Both the position numbers and the translations under genes were made by a program. Shown one piece after another: positions 18,832 through 29,447 of a stretch of DNA of 64,000 nt. Source of the stretch: an uncultured Bacteroidales bacterium. Lineage in GTDB: Bacteria > Bacteroidota > Bacteroidia > Bacteroidales > UBA7960. Location: contig CAZTPA010000007.1 in assembly GCA_964614525.1 (NCBI GenBank), positions 3,709 through 67,708 on the forward strand, given 5' to 3'. Numbering within the stretch: the stretch's first letter is position 1; every line of letters starts with the position of its first letter. Under the pieces are notes generated by a model. It worked only from the letters and a program-made list of their open reading frames with translations. It was not told where the DNA came from and did no database searches.

Positions 18832-18945
18832 ACAAAGTTAAGATATTTATTATTTTTCATACAAAATCTTTTAACAAGCACAAAAAACATTCAAAGCATA
18901 TTCAAAATAAGTTAAATTTGCAAATAATTATGATAAAAAACTGAT

Positions 18946-20043
18946 ATGGATAACGATACTTTATATAAACTGGCTCTCAATCTTCTTCCCGGCGTAGGAA
19001 GTGTTAATGCAAAAAAAATTGTTTCTTATTGTGGAGGAATAGAGGCAATTTTTAAAGAAAAAAAAACAGCCCTTTTGAAAATTCCGGGAATAGGGAGGGG
19101 CTTGGCAAATGCAATTCATAATCAAAAAGTTTTTGAAAGAGCAGAACAAGAACTTGAGTTTATTATGAAAAATAATATTAAGATGTTTTTCTACCTTGAT
19201 GATGAATATCCGGAGAGATTAAAGCAATGTTCTGATTGCCCTGTAATACTTTTTCAAAAAGGAAACGGAAAGTTGAACTTCCCAAAAGTTGTTAGTATCG
19301 TTGGAACCAGAAATGCCACAGATTACGGTAAATCTAAAGTAAAAGAAATCGTTAAAGGTTTGGCTAAATATAACGCTCTTATTGTGAGTGGATTGGCCTA
19401 TGGAATTGATGTTGCTGCACATAAAGAAGCTATGGATAAAGATTTACCTACTATTGGAGTTTTGGGACATGGACTGGATACTATTTATCCTCCTTTACAT
19501 GGAAAAATTGCTCGTCAAATGCTTGATAATGGAGGCTTAATTAGTGAATTTTTTTCCGGCACCAAGCCTGATAAAGAAAATTTTCCAAGAAGAAATAGAA
19601 TAATTGCCGGCATGTCAGATGTTGTTATTGTAGTTGAAGCTGCTGAAAAGGGTGGAGCACTCATTACTGCTCATATTGCAAATTCGTACTTTAGAGATGT
19701 ATTTGCAGTTCCGGGCAGAACGATAGATCTTTTCAGTAAAGGTTGTAACAGATTGATTAAAACGCATAAAGCAAATATAGCCGAAAATATTGAAGATATT
19801 GAATATATTATGCGTTGGGATGCCGAAAATAATAAGCCTGTGCAAAGGCAAATGTTTGTTGACCTGGATGAAAATGAAAAAGCCTTGTTGAAATTATTGC
19901 GAGAAAATGAAAAGGCTGAAATAGACTTTATTGTTTCCCGCTTTGGTTTTACACCAAGCAAAATAGCTTCTTTATTGCTTAATCTTGAATTTAAAGGATT
20001 AGTGAGGTCATTGCCCGGTAAAGTTTTCGTAGCTGTTAATTAA
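18946..20043 (+). CDS. dprA: DNA-processing protein DprA (Smf)
   Basis: Rossmann-like core IVGTRNATDYG and SGLAYGIDVAAHKEA, with a C-terminal winged-helix region. Confidence 0.9.
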   Translation: MDNDTLYKLALNLLPGVGSVNAKKIVSYCGGIEAIFKEKKTALLKIPGIGRGLANAIHNQKVFERAEQELEFIMKNNIKMFFYLDDEYPERLKQCSDCPVILFQKGNGKLNFPKVVSIVGTRNATDYGKSKVKEIVKGLAKYNALIVSGLAYGIDVAAHKEAMDKDLPTIGVLGHGLDTIYPPLHGKIARQMLDNGGLISEFFSGTKPDKENFPRRNRIIAGMSDVVIVVEAAEKGGALITAHIANSYFRDVFAVPGRTIDLFSKGCNRLIKTHKANIAENIEDIEYIMRWDAENNKPVQRQMFVDLDENEKALLKLLRENEKAEIDFIVSRFGFTPSKIASLLLNLEFKGLVRSLPGKVFVAVN

Positions 20044-20242
20044 GCAGATTGAATATTACAGCAGCTTTTTACTGCTTATATTCTGTTAAAAAAAACCAAC
20101 CAAAATTATCCTAAGAATAAAACAAGTGATTTGTTAGTGTTTTTTTATTAATTTTGCGCCTTGTTTAATTAATGATTATACTGCAAATCACCTTTTTATG
20201 CATGTGGCTTGTGGTTGTTGAAGAGGAGAAAGTTTAAATTAT

Positions 20243-23200
20243 ATGGAATCAAAATACAAAGAATACAAAAAACTGGACCTTTCAAAAATTGGAAGGGATA
20301 TACAAGCATTTTGGGATAATAATAATGTTTTTGAACAAAGCCTTGAGCTTAGGAAAGGACAAACTCCCTGGGTGTTTTACGAAGGTCCTCCATCTGCAAA
20401 CGGACTACCCGGCATTCATCATGTTATGGCGAGAGCAATTAAAGATATTTTTTGCCGATATCGTACGCAAAAAGGTTATTTTGTTAATAGAAAAGCAGGT
20501 TGGGATACTCATGGTTTGCCTGTAGAAATGGGTGTTGAGAAAATTCTTGGTATAACAAAAGAAGATATTGGCAAAACAATTTCTATTGCTGATTATAATA
20601 AAGAATGTCGTAAAGATGTAATGAAATATAAAGACACCTGGGATGACCTTACCAGGAAAATGGGCTATTGGGTTGATCTTAATAATCCTTACATTACTTT
20701 CGAAAATAAATATATTGAAACTGTTTGGTTTTTGCTTTCTAAGCTTTATGAAAAAGGGCTTTTATACAAAGGCTATTCTATTCAGCCATATTCTCCCGCT
20801 GCCGGTACAGGCTTAAGCACTCATGAGCTTAATCAACCCGGATGCTACAAAAATGTGAAAGATAATTCTTTAACTGCTCAATTTAAAGTTATAAAAAACA
20901 AGGAATCAGAGTTCTTGTTTAATGATGATATTGATGAAGTTTTTTTACTTGCCTGGACAACCACTCCATGGACTTTGCCCAGCAATACAGGTTTAGCGGT
21001 AGGGAAAAAAATAGAATATGTTAAAATAAAAACAATCAATCAATATACTTTCAAAAATATTGTTGTAGTTATTGCTAAGGAACTGATGAGTAGTTTCTTT
21101 GATCCTAAAAACGCTGATTTAAAATTTGAGGATTACAAAGAGGGAGACAGGAGTATTCCATTTGAAGTTCTTGATAGTTTTAAAGGGAAACAAATTGAAA
21201 ATATTCGTTATGAGCAATTAATGCCTTATGCCCAACCTGCAGAGGGTGACTCATTTAGAGTTGTATTAGGAGATTTTGTTACTACCGAAGATGGTACAGG
21301 AATAGTTCATATAGCTCCCAGTTTTGGTGCTGATGACTTTAAAGTAGGGAAACAATATAATCTTGGTTCATTAACTATGGTTAATAAACAAGGCAAATTT
21401 ATTGATGAAATGGGTGAATTTGCCGGACGCTTTGTTAAACCCGAATATGATCCCGAATATGATCCTAAAAATGCACGCCCTGTAGATGTTGATATTATTG
21501 TAAAGCTTAAACATGAAAACAGAGCATTTAAATCTGAAAAGTACGAACACTCTTATCCTCATTGCTGGCGTACTGATAAACCAATTCTTTATTATCCTCT
21601 GGATTCATGGTTTGTGCGAACAACTGAGCTGAAAGACAGAATGATTGAGTTAAACAAAACAATTAACTGGAAACCCGAAAGTACAGGAACAGGTCGTTTT
21701 GGTAATTGGCTTGAAAACTTGCAGGACTGGAACCTAAGCCGTTCGCGTTTTTGGGGAGTGCCTTTGCCGGTTTGGACTACTGAAGATAAAGAAGAACAAA
21801 TATGTATAGGATCCGCAAAACAACTTAAAGAGGAAATCCAAAAAGCGATAGAAGCAGGATTTATGAAAGAAAATCCTCTAAAGGATTTTAATCCTGAAAA
21901 TATGTCGGATGAAAATTATAATGTATTTGACCTTCACCGACCTTTTGTTGATGAACTTGTTTTGGTTTCTCCCAAGGGCAAGCAAATGAAACGAGAAACT
22001 GATCTTATTGATGTTTGGTTTGATTCAGGCTCTATGCCTTATGCTCAATATCACTATCCTTTTGAAAATAAAGAGCTTTTTGAACAAAATTTTCCTGCTG
22101 ATTTTATCGCAGAAGGAGTTGACCAAACTCGCGGGTGGTTCTTTACTCTGCATGCTATAGCTGCTACACTATTTGATTCTGTCGCTTTCAAAACGGTTGT
22201 GTCTAACGGGCTTGTTCTTGATAAAAAAGGCAATAAAATGTCTAAAAGGCTTGGCAATGCAGTTGATCCTTTTGAAACAATTTCAAAATTCGGGCCGGAT
22301 GCAACACGCTGGTACATGATTACCAATGCACAACCATGGGATAATCTTAAGTTTGATGTTGAAGGAATCTCGGAAGTACAAAGAAAATTTTTCGGCACTT
22401 TATATAATACATATGCCTTCTTTGCTTTATATGCAAACATCGACGGTTTTAAATATGAAGAAGAAGATGTGAAAGATGAAAATCGGCATGAAATTGACAG
22501 ATGGATCTTGTCAGAGCTAAACTCATTGATACAATCTGTTGATGAATGCTATTTAGATTTTGAACCTACAAGAGCAGGAAGACAAATACAAGAATTTGTT
22601 GATGAGCATCTGAGTAATTGGTATGTGAGATTGTCACGCCGCCGCTTTTGGAAAGGTGATTATTCTGAAGATAAAATCTCAGCATATCAAACATTGTACA
22701 AATGTCTGGAAACTATTGCTATGCTTTGTGCACCGATAGCACCCTTCTTTAGTGAGCAACTATTTCAGGATATTAACAATGTAAGCCAAAGAAAAAAAGC
22801 TGCATCAGTGCATCTTACAGATTTTCCTCTCGCTGATAAAAAACTTATAGATAAAGATCTTGAGCAAAGAATGCAATTAGCTCAGCAGATATCTTCTATG
22901 GTTCTGGCTCTTAGAAAAAAAGTAAATATCAGGGTAAGGCAACCTTTGCAAAAAATTATGGTGCCGGTTCTTGATGAAAAATTTCGCAAGCAACTTCAAG
23001 GAGTTGAACAATTGATATTGTCTGAGATTAATGTTAAAGAACTTGAATACCTTGAAGATACCGCAGGCGTCCTGGTTAAAAAAATCAAACCAAACTTCAA
23101 ATCACTAGGGCCAAAATACGGAAAATTAATGAAGCAGATTGCTGCTGAAATAAATAAATTCTCGCAGGAAGATATTACTAAAATTGAAGAAAGCGGAAAT

Positions 23201-23614
23201 TTTAAAATTACTGTTGATAATCAAAATATTGATCTTTCACTTGCTGATGTTGAGATCATGTCAGAAGATATTCCCGGTTGGTTAGTCGCTAGTGAAGGTG
23301 CTGTGACAGTTGCACTCGATGTTACAATTTCTGATGAACTTAAACAAGAAGGAATTGCAAGAGAAATAATAAACAGAATACAGAATATACGTAAAGATAA
23401 AGGCCTTGAGGTTACTGACAAAATAGAAATATTTGTTGAAAAACATCCTCAGATTTCTGATGCAGTATTAAATAATAATGACTATATTTGTTCAGAAACG
23501 CTGGCTAAGAATTTGAACTATACTGACCTTATTGAAAATGCCGACAAAGTGCTTGTGGATATTTTTGATGATGTTCAAACTTGTGTTTTAATTAATAAAG
23601 TTAACGGTATATAA
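20243..23614 (+). CDS. ileS: Isoleucine--tRNA ligase (long, type 2)
   Basis: 1123 aa. HIGH-type motif PSANGLPGIHHV, KMSKS motif KMSKRLGN, and CP1 editing domain (TTTPWTLPSN). Confidence 0.95.
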   Translation: MESKYKEYKKLDLSKIGRDIQAFWDNNNVFEQSLELRKGQTPWVFYEGPPSANGLPGIHHVMARAIKDIFCRYRTQKGYFVNRKAGWDTHGLPVEMGVEKILGITKEDIGKTISIADYNKECRKDVMKYKDTWDDLTRKMGYWVDLNNPYITFENKYIETVWFLLSKLYEKGLLYKGYSIQPYSPAAGTGLSTHELNQPGCYKNVKDNSLTAQFKVIKNKESEFLFNDDIDEVFLLAWTTTPWTLPSNTGLAVGKKIEYVKIKTINQYTFKNIVVVIAKELMSSFFDPKNADLKFEDYKEGDRSIPFEVLDSFKGKQIENIRYEQLMPYAQPAEGDSFRVVLGDFVTTEDGTGIVHIAPSFGADDFKVGKQYNLGSLTMVNKQGKFIDEMGEFAGRFVKPEYDPEYDPKNARPVDVDIIVKLKHENRAFKSEKYEHSYPHCWRTDKPILYYPLDSWFVRTTELKDRMIELNKTINWKPESTGTGRFGNWLENLQDWNLSRSRFWGVPLPVWTTEDKEEQICIGSAKQLKEEIQKAIEAGFMKENPLKDFNPENMSDENYNVFDLHRPFVDELVLVSPKGKQMKRETDLIDVWFDSGSMPYAQYHYPFENKELFEQNFPADFIAEGVDQTRGWFFTLHAIAATLFDSVAFKTVVSNGLVLDKKGNKMSKRLGNAVDPFETISKFGPDATRWYMITNAQPWDNLKFDVEGISEVQRKFFGTLYNTYAFFALYANIDGFKYEEEDVKDENRHEIDRWILSELNSLIQSVDECYLDFEPTRAGRQIQEFVDEHLSNWYVRLSRRRFWKGDYSEDKISAYQTLYKCLETIAMLCAPIAPFFSEQLFQDINNVSQRKKAASVHLTDFPLADKKLIDKDLEQRMQLAQQISSMVLALRKKVNIRVRQPLQKIMVPVLDEKFRKQLQGVEQLILSEINVKELEYLEDTAGVLVKKIKPNFKSLGPKYGKLMKQIAAEINKFSQEDITKIEESGNFKITVDNQNIDLSLADVEIMSEDIPGWLVASEGAVTVALDVTISDELKQEGIAREIINRIQNIRKDKGLEVTDKIEIFVEKHPQISDAVLNNNDYICSETLAKNLNYTDLIENADKVLVDIFDDVQTCVLINKVNGI

Positions 23615-23633
23615 TTACTAAAACCCGGTTGTT

Positions 23634-24023
23634 ATGGAAACTAAAAGAGAAAAAACGAGATATTCAGATGAAGAACTTCAGGAGTTCAAAGAAATAATTC
23701 TGAAAAAATTGGAAGAGGCCCGCGCGGGATTAAAAATGCTTACTGAAGCATATACTACCCAGAACGCAAATGACACTAATGATACGTCACCATCTTTTAA
23801 AATTTTAGAAGAAGGTTCTCAGGTTTTGTCTAAAGAAGAGAACGGACAATTGGCAGCACGCCAGCAAAAATTTATACGCGATCTTGAAAATGCTCTTATT
23901 CGCATTGAGAATAAAACTTACGGTATTTGCAGGGTTACAGGTAAACTTATCTCTAAAGAACGCCTTAGAAGTGTGCCACATGCTACTCTTAGTATTGAAG
24001 CCAAATTAAACCAAAATAAATAA
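23634..24023 (+). CDS. TraR/DksA family protein with a degenerate zinc finger
   Basis: Coiled-coil N-terminal region and a C-terminal YGICRVTGKLISKERLRSVPHATL. There is only one Cys in the whole protein. Confidence 0.75.
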   Translation: METKREKTRYSDEELQEFKEIILKKLEEARAGLKMLTEAYTTQNANDTNDTSPSFKILEEGSQVLSKEENGQLAARQQKFIRDLENALIRIENKTYGICRVTGKLISKERLRSVPHATLSIEAKLNQNK

Positions 24024-24034
24024 TATTGTAAAGA

Positions 24035-24721
24035 TTGGCCTTGAAAAAAAAGTATATTCCCTGGATTGTTATTGGTGCTGTTTTGATTATTGATCAGTTT
24101 ATTAAAATTCTGGTCAAAACCCAGATGACGCTCGGACAAAGCATCTATGTTTTTGGAGATTGGTTTATTATTCATTTTACCGAAAATGAAGGAATGGCAT
24201 TTGGTATGGCCTTGCCGGGTCAATACGGAAAGCTTATGCTTAGTTTTTTTCGCATAATTGCCGTTGGTTTTATTGGATGGTATATTTATAAACTTATTGA
24301 AAATAAAGCTAGTCGTGGTCTTATAATTTGTGTGTCACTCATTCTTGCCGGAGCTGCCGGAAATATTGTTGATAGCGCTTTTTATGGAATGATTTTTACT
24401 GAAAGCACAATCTTTAAAGCTGCTGAGCTCGTTGGAGAAAGTAGTGGATATGCAGGATTCCTTCATGGAAAAGTTGTTGATATGTTTTATTTCCCAATTA
24501 TTAATGGAAACTTTCCATCGTGGTTCCCTTTTTGGGGAGGTGAAGAATTTGTTTTTTTCAGGCCTGTGTTTAATATTGCTGATGCGTCAATCACAATTGG
24601 AGTATTGGCAATATTGGTTTTTCAAAAGCGTTTGTTTAAAGGCCAGGAAATGTCTTTTAGAAAAAAGGGTTCTGATATAGAAGAAGCAAATCCTTCTGCA
24701 GCGAAGAATATGTCTCAATAA
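24035..24721 (+). CDS. lspA: Lipoprotein signal peptidase (signal peptidase II)
   Basis: IIDQFIK, GNIVDSAFYG, VVDMFYF and FNIADASITIG. No ATG precedes the conserved first TM helix, so a TTG start (24035 or 24041) is required. Confidence 0.85.
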   Translation: MALKKKYIPWIVIGAVLIIDQFIKILVKTQMTLGQSIYVFGDWFIIHFTENEGMAFGMALPGQYGKLMLSFFRIIAVGFIGWYIYKLIENKASRGLIICVSLILAGAAGNIVDSAFYGMIFTESTIFKAAELVGESSGYAGFLHGKVVDMFYFPIINGNFPSWFPFWGGEEFVFFRPVFNIADASITIGVLAILVFQKRLFKGQEMSFRKKGSDIEEANPSAAKNMSQ

Positions 24722-24790
24722 TATTATTTTTTCATAATCCAAAATTGTTTCCTTACTTTTGAGAATTAAAAGCTTAGAATTTAGTTAAAT

Positions 24791-25672
24791 ATGGCTCGTC
24801 AAGAAGATAAAATTGTAGGAAGACGCTTGAAATCATCAATTGTTTCAGCTGTAGTTAGCGTTACTCTTGTGCTTTATGTGCTGGGTTTGCTCGGACTTAC
24901 CGTATTACATGCAAAAAAACTTTCCGATCACGTTAAAGAAAATATCGGATTTTCTGTTATAATGCATGATAATGCTAAGCCTGCAGAAATTTCTTTTCTG
25001 CAAAAATATATTGATGGTTATTCAGGAGTGAAGTCAACAGAGTTTATTTCAAAGAAAAAGGCTGCTGAAGACCTTACAAGAGATCTTGGTGAAGATTTTG
25101 TAGAATTCCTTGGTTATAATCCGCTTTTTCCTAGTATTGAAGTGAGATTTCAGGCTGATTATGCTAACCCGGACAGCCTAAATACTTTTTCTTCTGTAAT
25201 CGAAAGTGAACGAATTGTTAAAGAGGTGTATTACCAAAAACCTCTTGTAGAAAAGGTTAATGATAATGTTGCCAAAATTGGATTGATATTGTTGATTTTT
25301 GGCACATTACTGCTTATTATTGCTTTTGCTTTGATTAATAATACTATACGGTTGAGTGTTTTTTCAAAAAGATTTTTGATTAAAAGTATGCAGCTTGTTG
25401 GTGCTACTCAATCATTTATCAGGCGACCGTTTATTCTAAAAAGTATTAGCCAGGGGATCATAGGTTCTTTTATCGCAATCGCATTATTGTTCGCTACTTT
25501 ATTTGCTGCACAAAAACAAATCCCCGAATTGCTGGAGTTTCAGGATATTAATATGCTTATGATATTGTTTCTTATGGTTATTTTACTGGGAATTATTATT
25601 AGCTGGATATCTACTTTCTTTGCTGTGAGAAAGTATTTAAACATTAAATCTGATAACTTATATTTATATTAA
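24791..25672 (+). CDS. ftsX: Cell division protein FtsX-like permease
   Basis: 293 aa. One N-terminal TM helix, a periplasmic domain and three C-terminal TM helices, followed by the DUF3098 gene as is usual in Bacteroidota. Confidence 0.8.
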   Translation: MARQEDKIVGRRLKSSIVSAVVSVTLVLYVLGLLGLTVLHAKKLSDHVKENIGFSVIMHDNAKPAEISFLQKYIDGYSGVKSTEFISKKKAAEDLTRDLGEDFVEFLGYNPLFPSIEVRFQADYANPDSLNTFSSVIESERIVKEVYYQKPLVEKVNDNVAKIGLILLIFGTLLLIIAFALINNTIRLSVFSKRFLIKSMQLVGATQSFIRRPFILKSISQGIIGSFIAIALLFATLFAAQKQIPELLEFQDINMLMILFLMVILLGIIISWISTFFAVRKYLNIKSDNLYLY

Positions 25673-25707
25673 TAGGATGTTAATATTGTAAGATAAAAAC
25701 TATAATT

Positions 25708-25983
25708 ATGAATAAAATAAAAGATAAAGAAAACAGAGAGATTTTATTTGATAAAAAAAAGTATTTGATACTTATTGGTGGTCTGCTTGTTACTGCTATC
25801 GGATTTCTTTTAATGATTGGCGGAGGTTCTCCTGATCCAAATGAATTTAGCTATGACCTTTTCAGTCATAGAAGAATAACAATTGCTCCAATTCTTGTTC
25901 TATCCGGTTATGGAATTATGATTTTTGCTATTCTGACAAAAAAATCTACTAAAGAAAAAAATCCGGAAGTAACTAAAAAATAA
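25708..25983 (+). CDS. DUF3098 small membrane protein
   Basis: 91 aa with two TM helices, in the conserved position after ftsX. Confidence 0.65.
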   Translation: MNKIKDKENREILFDKKKYLILIGGLLVTAIGFLLMIGGGSPDPNEFSYDLFSHRRITIAPILVLSGYGIMIFAILTKKSTKEKNPEVTKK

Positions 25984-25994
25984 CTATTCTCATA

Positions 25995-26792
25995 ATGACT
26001 TGGTTTGAAGCCCTTATCCTTGGACTAATTCAAGGCCTTACTGAATTTATACCTGTTAGCAGTAGCGGACATCTTGAACTGGGTGCTGCTTTTTTCGGAC
26101 TTAAGGAAGATAATCTTAGTTTTTCTATTATTGTTCATGGAGCTACTTTCCTTAGTATTTTGGTTGTGTTTAGAAATGATATCTTTTATTTGATAAGAAG
26201 CTTATTTCTCTTTAAATGGAATAATGAAACAAAATTTATTTTATTTCTTGTCGTTTCGGCCATACCTGTTGCTGTTGCCGGAATTTTCTTTAAAGATAGA
26301 ATAGAAGCTCTCTTTGCAGGAAATGTAATTATGGTTGGTTTTATGTTGCTTATTACTGCAGCTTTATTGTTTATTACAAAATATGCTACTCCCAAAGATG
26401 GCCACTTGACTTTCTCAAAAGTTATAATTATAGGTATAGCACAAACTTTAGCTATAATGCCGGGAATTAGCAGAAGTGGTGCAACAATTAGCACTGCACT
26501 GTACATGGGAATTGAGCCGGAAAGAGCTACCCGATTTTCTTTTTTGATGGTACTGATTCCAATATTTGGTGCTTCTTTTTTAGAGGTATTGGAACTTTCT
26601 AAAGAAACTTCATCATCCCAATTAGAACTGCCAGTATTGATTATTGGTGCAATTGCAGCATTTGCTGCCGGATTGTTTGCTTGTAACTGGATGATAAAAA
26701 TTGTAAAACGCGGAAAAATTGCAAGCTTTTCTATTTATTGCCTTATTCTTGGTCTAACAGCCATTACTCTTGGCTATTTTAATATTATTTAA
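25995..26792 (+). CDS. uppP: Undecaprenyl-diphosphate phosphatase
   Basis: GLTEFIPVSSSGHL and PGISRSGATIS motifs. Confidence 0.9.
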   Translation: MTWFEALILGLIQGLTEFIPVSSSGHLELGAAFFGLKEDNLSFSIIVHGATFLSILVVFRNDIFYLIRSLFLFKWNNETKFILFLVVSAIPVAVAGIFFKDRIEALFAGNVIMVGFMLLITAALLFITKYATPKDGHLTFSKVIIIGIAQTLAIMPGISRSGATISTALYMGIEPERATRFSFLMVLIPIFGASFLEVLELSKETSSSQLELPVLIIGAIAAFAAGLFACNWMIKIVKRGKIASFSIYCLILGLTAITLGYFNII

Positions 26793-27523
26793 TGGATTTA
26801 AAAAAACTTACTGCAGATGATTTCCGGGATGGTCTTGTTTTTTTGCTTGACAAACCTTTGGGATGGACTTCTTTTGATGTTGTTAACAGAATAAAATCTG
26901 TATTAAAATATAAATGTGGTTTAAAAAAACTCAAAATCGGCCATGCAGGCACTCTGGATCCATTAGCCTCCGGTTTGTTAATTATCTGTTGTGGCAGGAA
27001 AACTAAATCTATAGATCAGTATCAGGCTTTTGAAAAAGAGTATTCCGGAAGTTTTTTTATTGGAGCTACTACACCCTCTTTTGATCTTGAAACTGAAATA
27101 AACAAAGAATTCCCTAATGAACACATAACTCAACAACTTGCAAGAGATATTGCAAAAGAATTTGTAGGTGAGAATAATCAACTGCCACCTGATTTTTCTG
27201 CAAAACAAATTGATGGGAAAAGGGCCTATGATATGGCTCGCAGAGGCGAAGATCCCAAGGTAAAACAAAAAATAGTTACAATTCATAAGTTTGAAATTGA
27301 ACAATTTGACTTACCAGACATTTATTTTAATATTGTTTGTAGTAAAGGCACATACATAAGAGCAATTGCAAGAGATTTCGGTGAAAGGTTGCATTCCGGA
27401 GCATATCTCAAAGCTCTCAGAAGAGAAAGAATTGGTGAGTTTAAAGTTGATGATGCAATGTCAATTGATTTTTTTGTTAAGGAAATTGAAGCAAATCCAA
27501 ACTTTGATAAAGATACAATTTGA
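26792..27523 (+). CDS. truB: tRNA pseudouridine(55) synthase
   Basis: Catalytic motif GHAGTLDPLASGLL. The start overlaps the uppP stop (TAATG). Confidence 0.9.
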   Translation: MDLKKLTADDFRDGLVFLLDKPLGWTSFDVVNRIKSVLKYKCGLKKLKIGHAGTLDPLASGLLIICCGRKTKSIDQYQAFEKEYSGSFFIGATTPSFDLETEINKEFPNEHITQQLARDIAKEFVGENNQLPPDFSAKQIDGKRAYDMARRGEDPKVKQKIVTIHKFEIEQFDLPDIYFNIVCSKGTYIRAIARDFGERLHSGAYLKALRRERIGEFKVDDAMSIDFFVKEIEANPNFDKDTI

Positions 27524-27701
27524 GCATGCCTGCAAGCACTGATAATAGCCTTAATTTGCAAAATATGCTTTTTTATTTTTGAAAACTATTGACAAGGCCT
27601 CTTTCTTGTATTATCTTTGCAAGCTTTTAAGTCTATACATATCTTGTTGACAATTAGCAATATACTGTTTTTATTTTTTGTTCACTAATCATAATTAATA
27701 T

Positions 27702-28751
27702 ATGAAACTTTCAGATTTTAGATTTCAACTCCCCGCTAATCTTATAGCAGAGCGCCCTGCACAAAATCGCGACGAATCAAGACTTATGGTCGTTGACAGA
27801 GCAACCGGTAACATTGAGCACAAGATGTTTAAAGATATTATCAATTATTTTGATGATGGCGATGTAATGGTTGTTAATGATACTAAAGTATTTCCGGCAA
27901 GACTCTACGGAACAAAAGAAAAAACAGGTGCTAAAATAGAAGTTTTTCTTCTTAGAGAACTTAATCGTGAAGTAAGACTTTGGGATGTGTTAGTTGATCC
28001 TGCTAGAAAAATAAGAATTGGGAATAAGCTTTATTTCGGTGATGACGATAATCTTGTTGCTGAAGTTATTGATAATACTACATCCAGGGGAAGAACTCTT
28101 CGTTTCTTGTTTGATGGCACATATGATGAATTTAAAAAAACTATTGAATCTCTTGGTGAAACTCCTCTGCCTAAAATGATTAAGAGACCCGTGGATGCCG
28201 AGGATAAAGAACGATATCAAACAGTTTTTGCAAAAAGAGAAGGTGCTGTTGCTGCACCTACCGCAGGTATGCACTTTAGTCGTGAATTGGTCAAAAGACT
28301 TGAAATTAAAGGTGTCACATTTACCAATATTACACTGCATGCAGGCTTAGGAAACTTCAGAAGTGTTGATGTGGAGGATCTTAGCAAGCATAAAATGGAT
28401 TCTGAGCAATTTAGCGTTGAAGAAAAAACTGCTAATATTGTTAATAAAGCAAAAGAGAATAGAAAAAAAGTTTGTGCCGTTGGAACAACTTCCATGAGAG
28501 CTATTGAAACAAATGTCTCTATTTCCGGAATGCTTAAACCTTATGATGGCTGGACAAATAAATTTATTTACCCCCCTTATGATTTTAGCGTTGCTGATGC
28601 CATGGTGTCAAATTTTCATCTGCCTCAATCAACTCTTATGATGATGGTTTCTGCATTTGCAGGTTTTGATCTGCTTATGAAAGCATACAAAATTGCAATT
28701 AAAGAAGAATATAAGTTTTTTACTTATGGTGATGCAATGCTTATTATCTAA
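27702..28751 (+). CDS. queA: S-adenosylmethionine:tRNA ribosyltransferase-isomerase
   Basis: [31 protein letters not shown] and AAPTAGMHF. 349 aa. Confidence 0.9.
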   Translation: MKLSDFRFQLPANLIAERPAQNRDESRLMVVDRATGNIEHKMFKDIINYFDDGDVMVVNDTKVFPARLYGTKEKTGAKIEVFLLRELNREVRLWDVLVDPARKIRIGNKLYFGDDDNLVAEVIDNTTSRGRTLRFLFDGTYDEFKKTIESLGETPLPKMIKRPVDAEDKERYQTVFAKREGAVAAPTAGMHFSRELVKRLEIKGVTFTNITLHAGLGNFRSVDVEDLSKHKMDSEQFSVEEKTANIVNKAKENRKKVCAVGTTSMRAIETNVSISGMLKPYDGWTNKFIYPPYDFSVADAMVSNFHLPQSTLMMMVSAFAGFDLLMKAYKIAIKEEYKFFTYGDAMLII

Positions 28752-28774
28752 ATTTAATAGATGGAATAGCATTA

Positions 28775-29437
28775 ATGAAAAAAATAGTACTTATAACATC
28801 CGGAGGAGTGGGTTTAAGAGCTAACTCCTCTTTGCCTAAGCAGTTTGTTGAATTGCTGGGAAAACCTATGTTAATGTACTCTTTCTTTGCATTTTCAAAA
28901 TATTCATCCGATATTGAATTTGTTCTTACCCTTCATAAAGACCAAATAGATTATTGGGAAAAAATTTGTAAGAAGCATAAGTTTGTTATTAATCATAAAG
29001 TTGTTGAAGGTGGACCAACAAGGTTTCATTCTGTGAAAAACGGTTTAAAATATGTTGAAAATAACGCGCTGGTTGCAATACATGATGGTGCAAGACCTTT
29101 TGTAAATCTTGATGTAATCTCATCAACTTTTAGAATGGCAGAACGCTTTGGTAATGCCATCCCTTCTGTTAATCTCACGGATTCTGTTAGGTTAGTTGAG
29201 AATATGCATAACTCTCCCATAAATAGAAATAAAATAAAGATTATACAAACTCCTCAATGCTTTAAATCCGAATTAATAAAGGATGCATATAATCAAAACT
29301 ATGATGAGCGATTTACTGATGACGCTTGTGTGCTTGAATCCAGAGGACACAAAATATTCCTTACGGAAGGGAATCCTGAAAACATTAAAATCACTACAGC
29401 TTTGGATTTTAAAATTGCTGAGAGTTTCCTTAAATAA
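28775..29437 (+). CDS. ispD: 2-C-methyl-D-erythritol 4-phosphate cytidylyltransferase
   Basis: N-terminal SGGVGLR, PKQF and VAIHDGARPF motifs. 220 aa. Confidence 0.85.
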   Translation: MKKIVLITSGGVGLRANSSLPKQFVELLGKPMLMYSFFAFSKYSSDIEFVLTLHKDQIDYWEKICKKHKFVINHKVVEGGPTRFHSVKNGLKYVENNALVAIHDGARPFVNLDVISSTFRMAERFGNAIPSVNLTDSVRLVENMHNSPINRNKIKIIQTPQCFKSELIKDAYNQNYDERFTDDACVLESRGHKIFLTEGNPENIKITTALDFKIAESFLK

Positions 29438-29447
29438 TTGATTAAAA

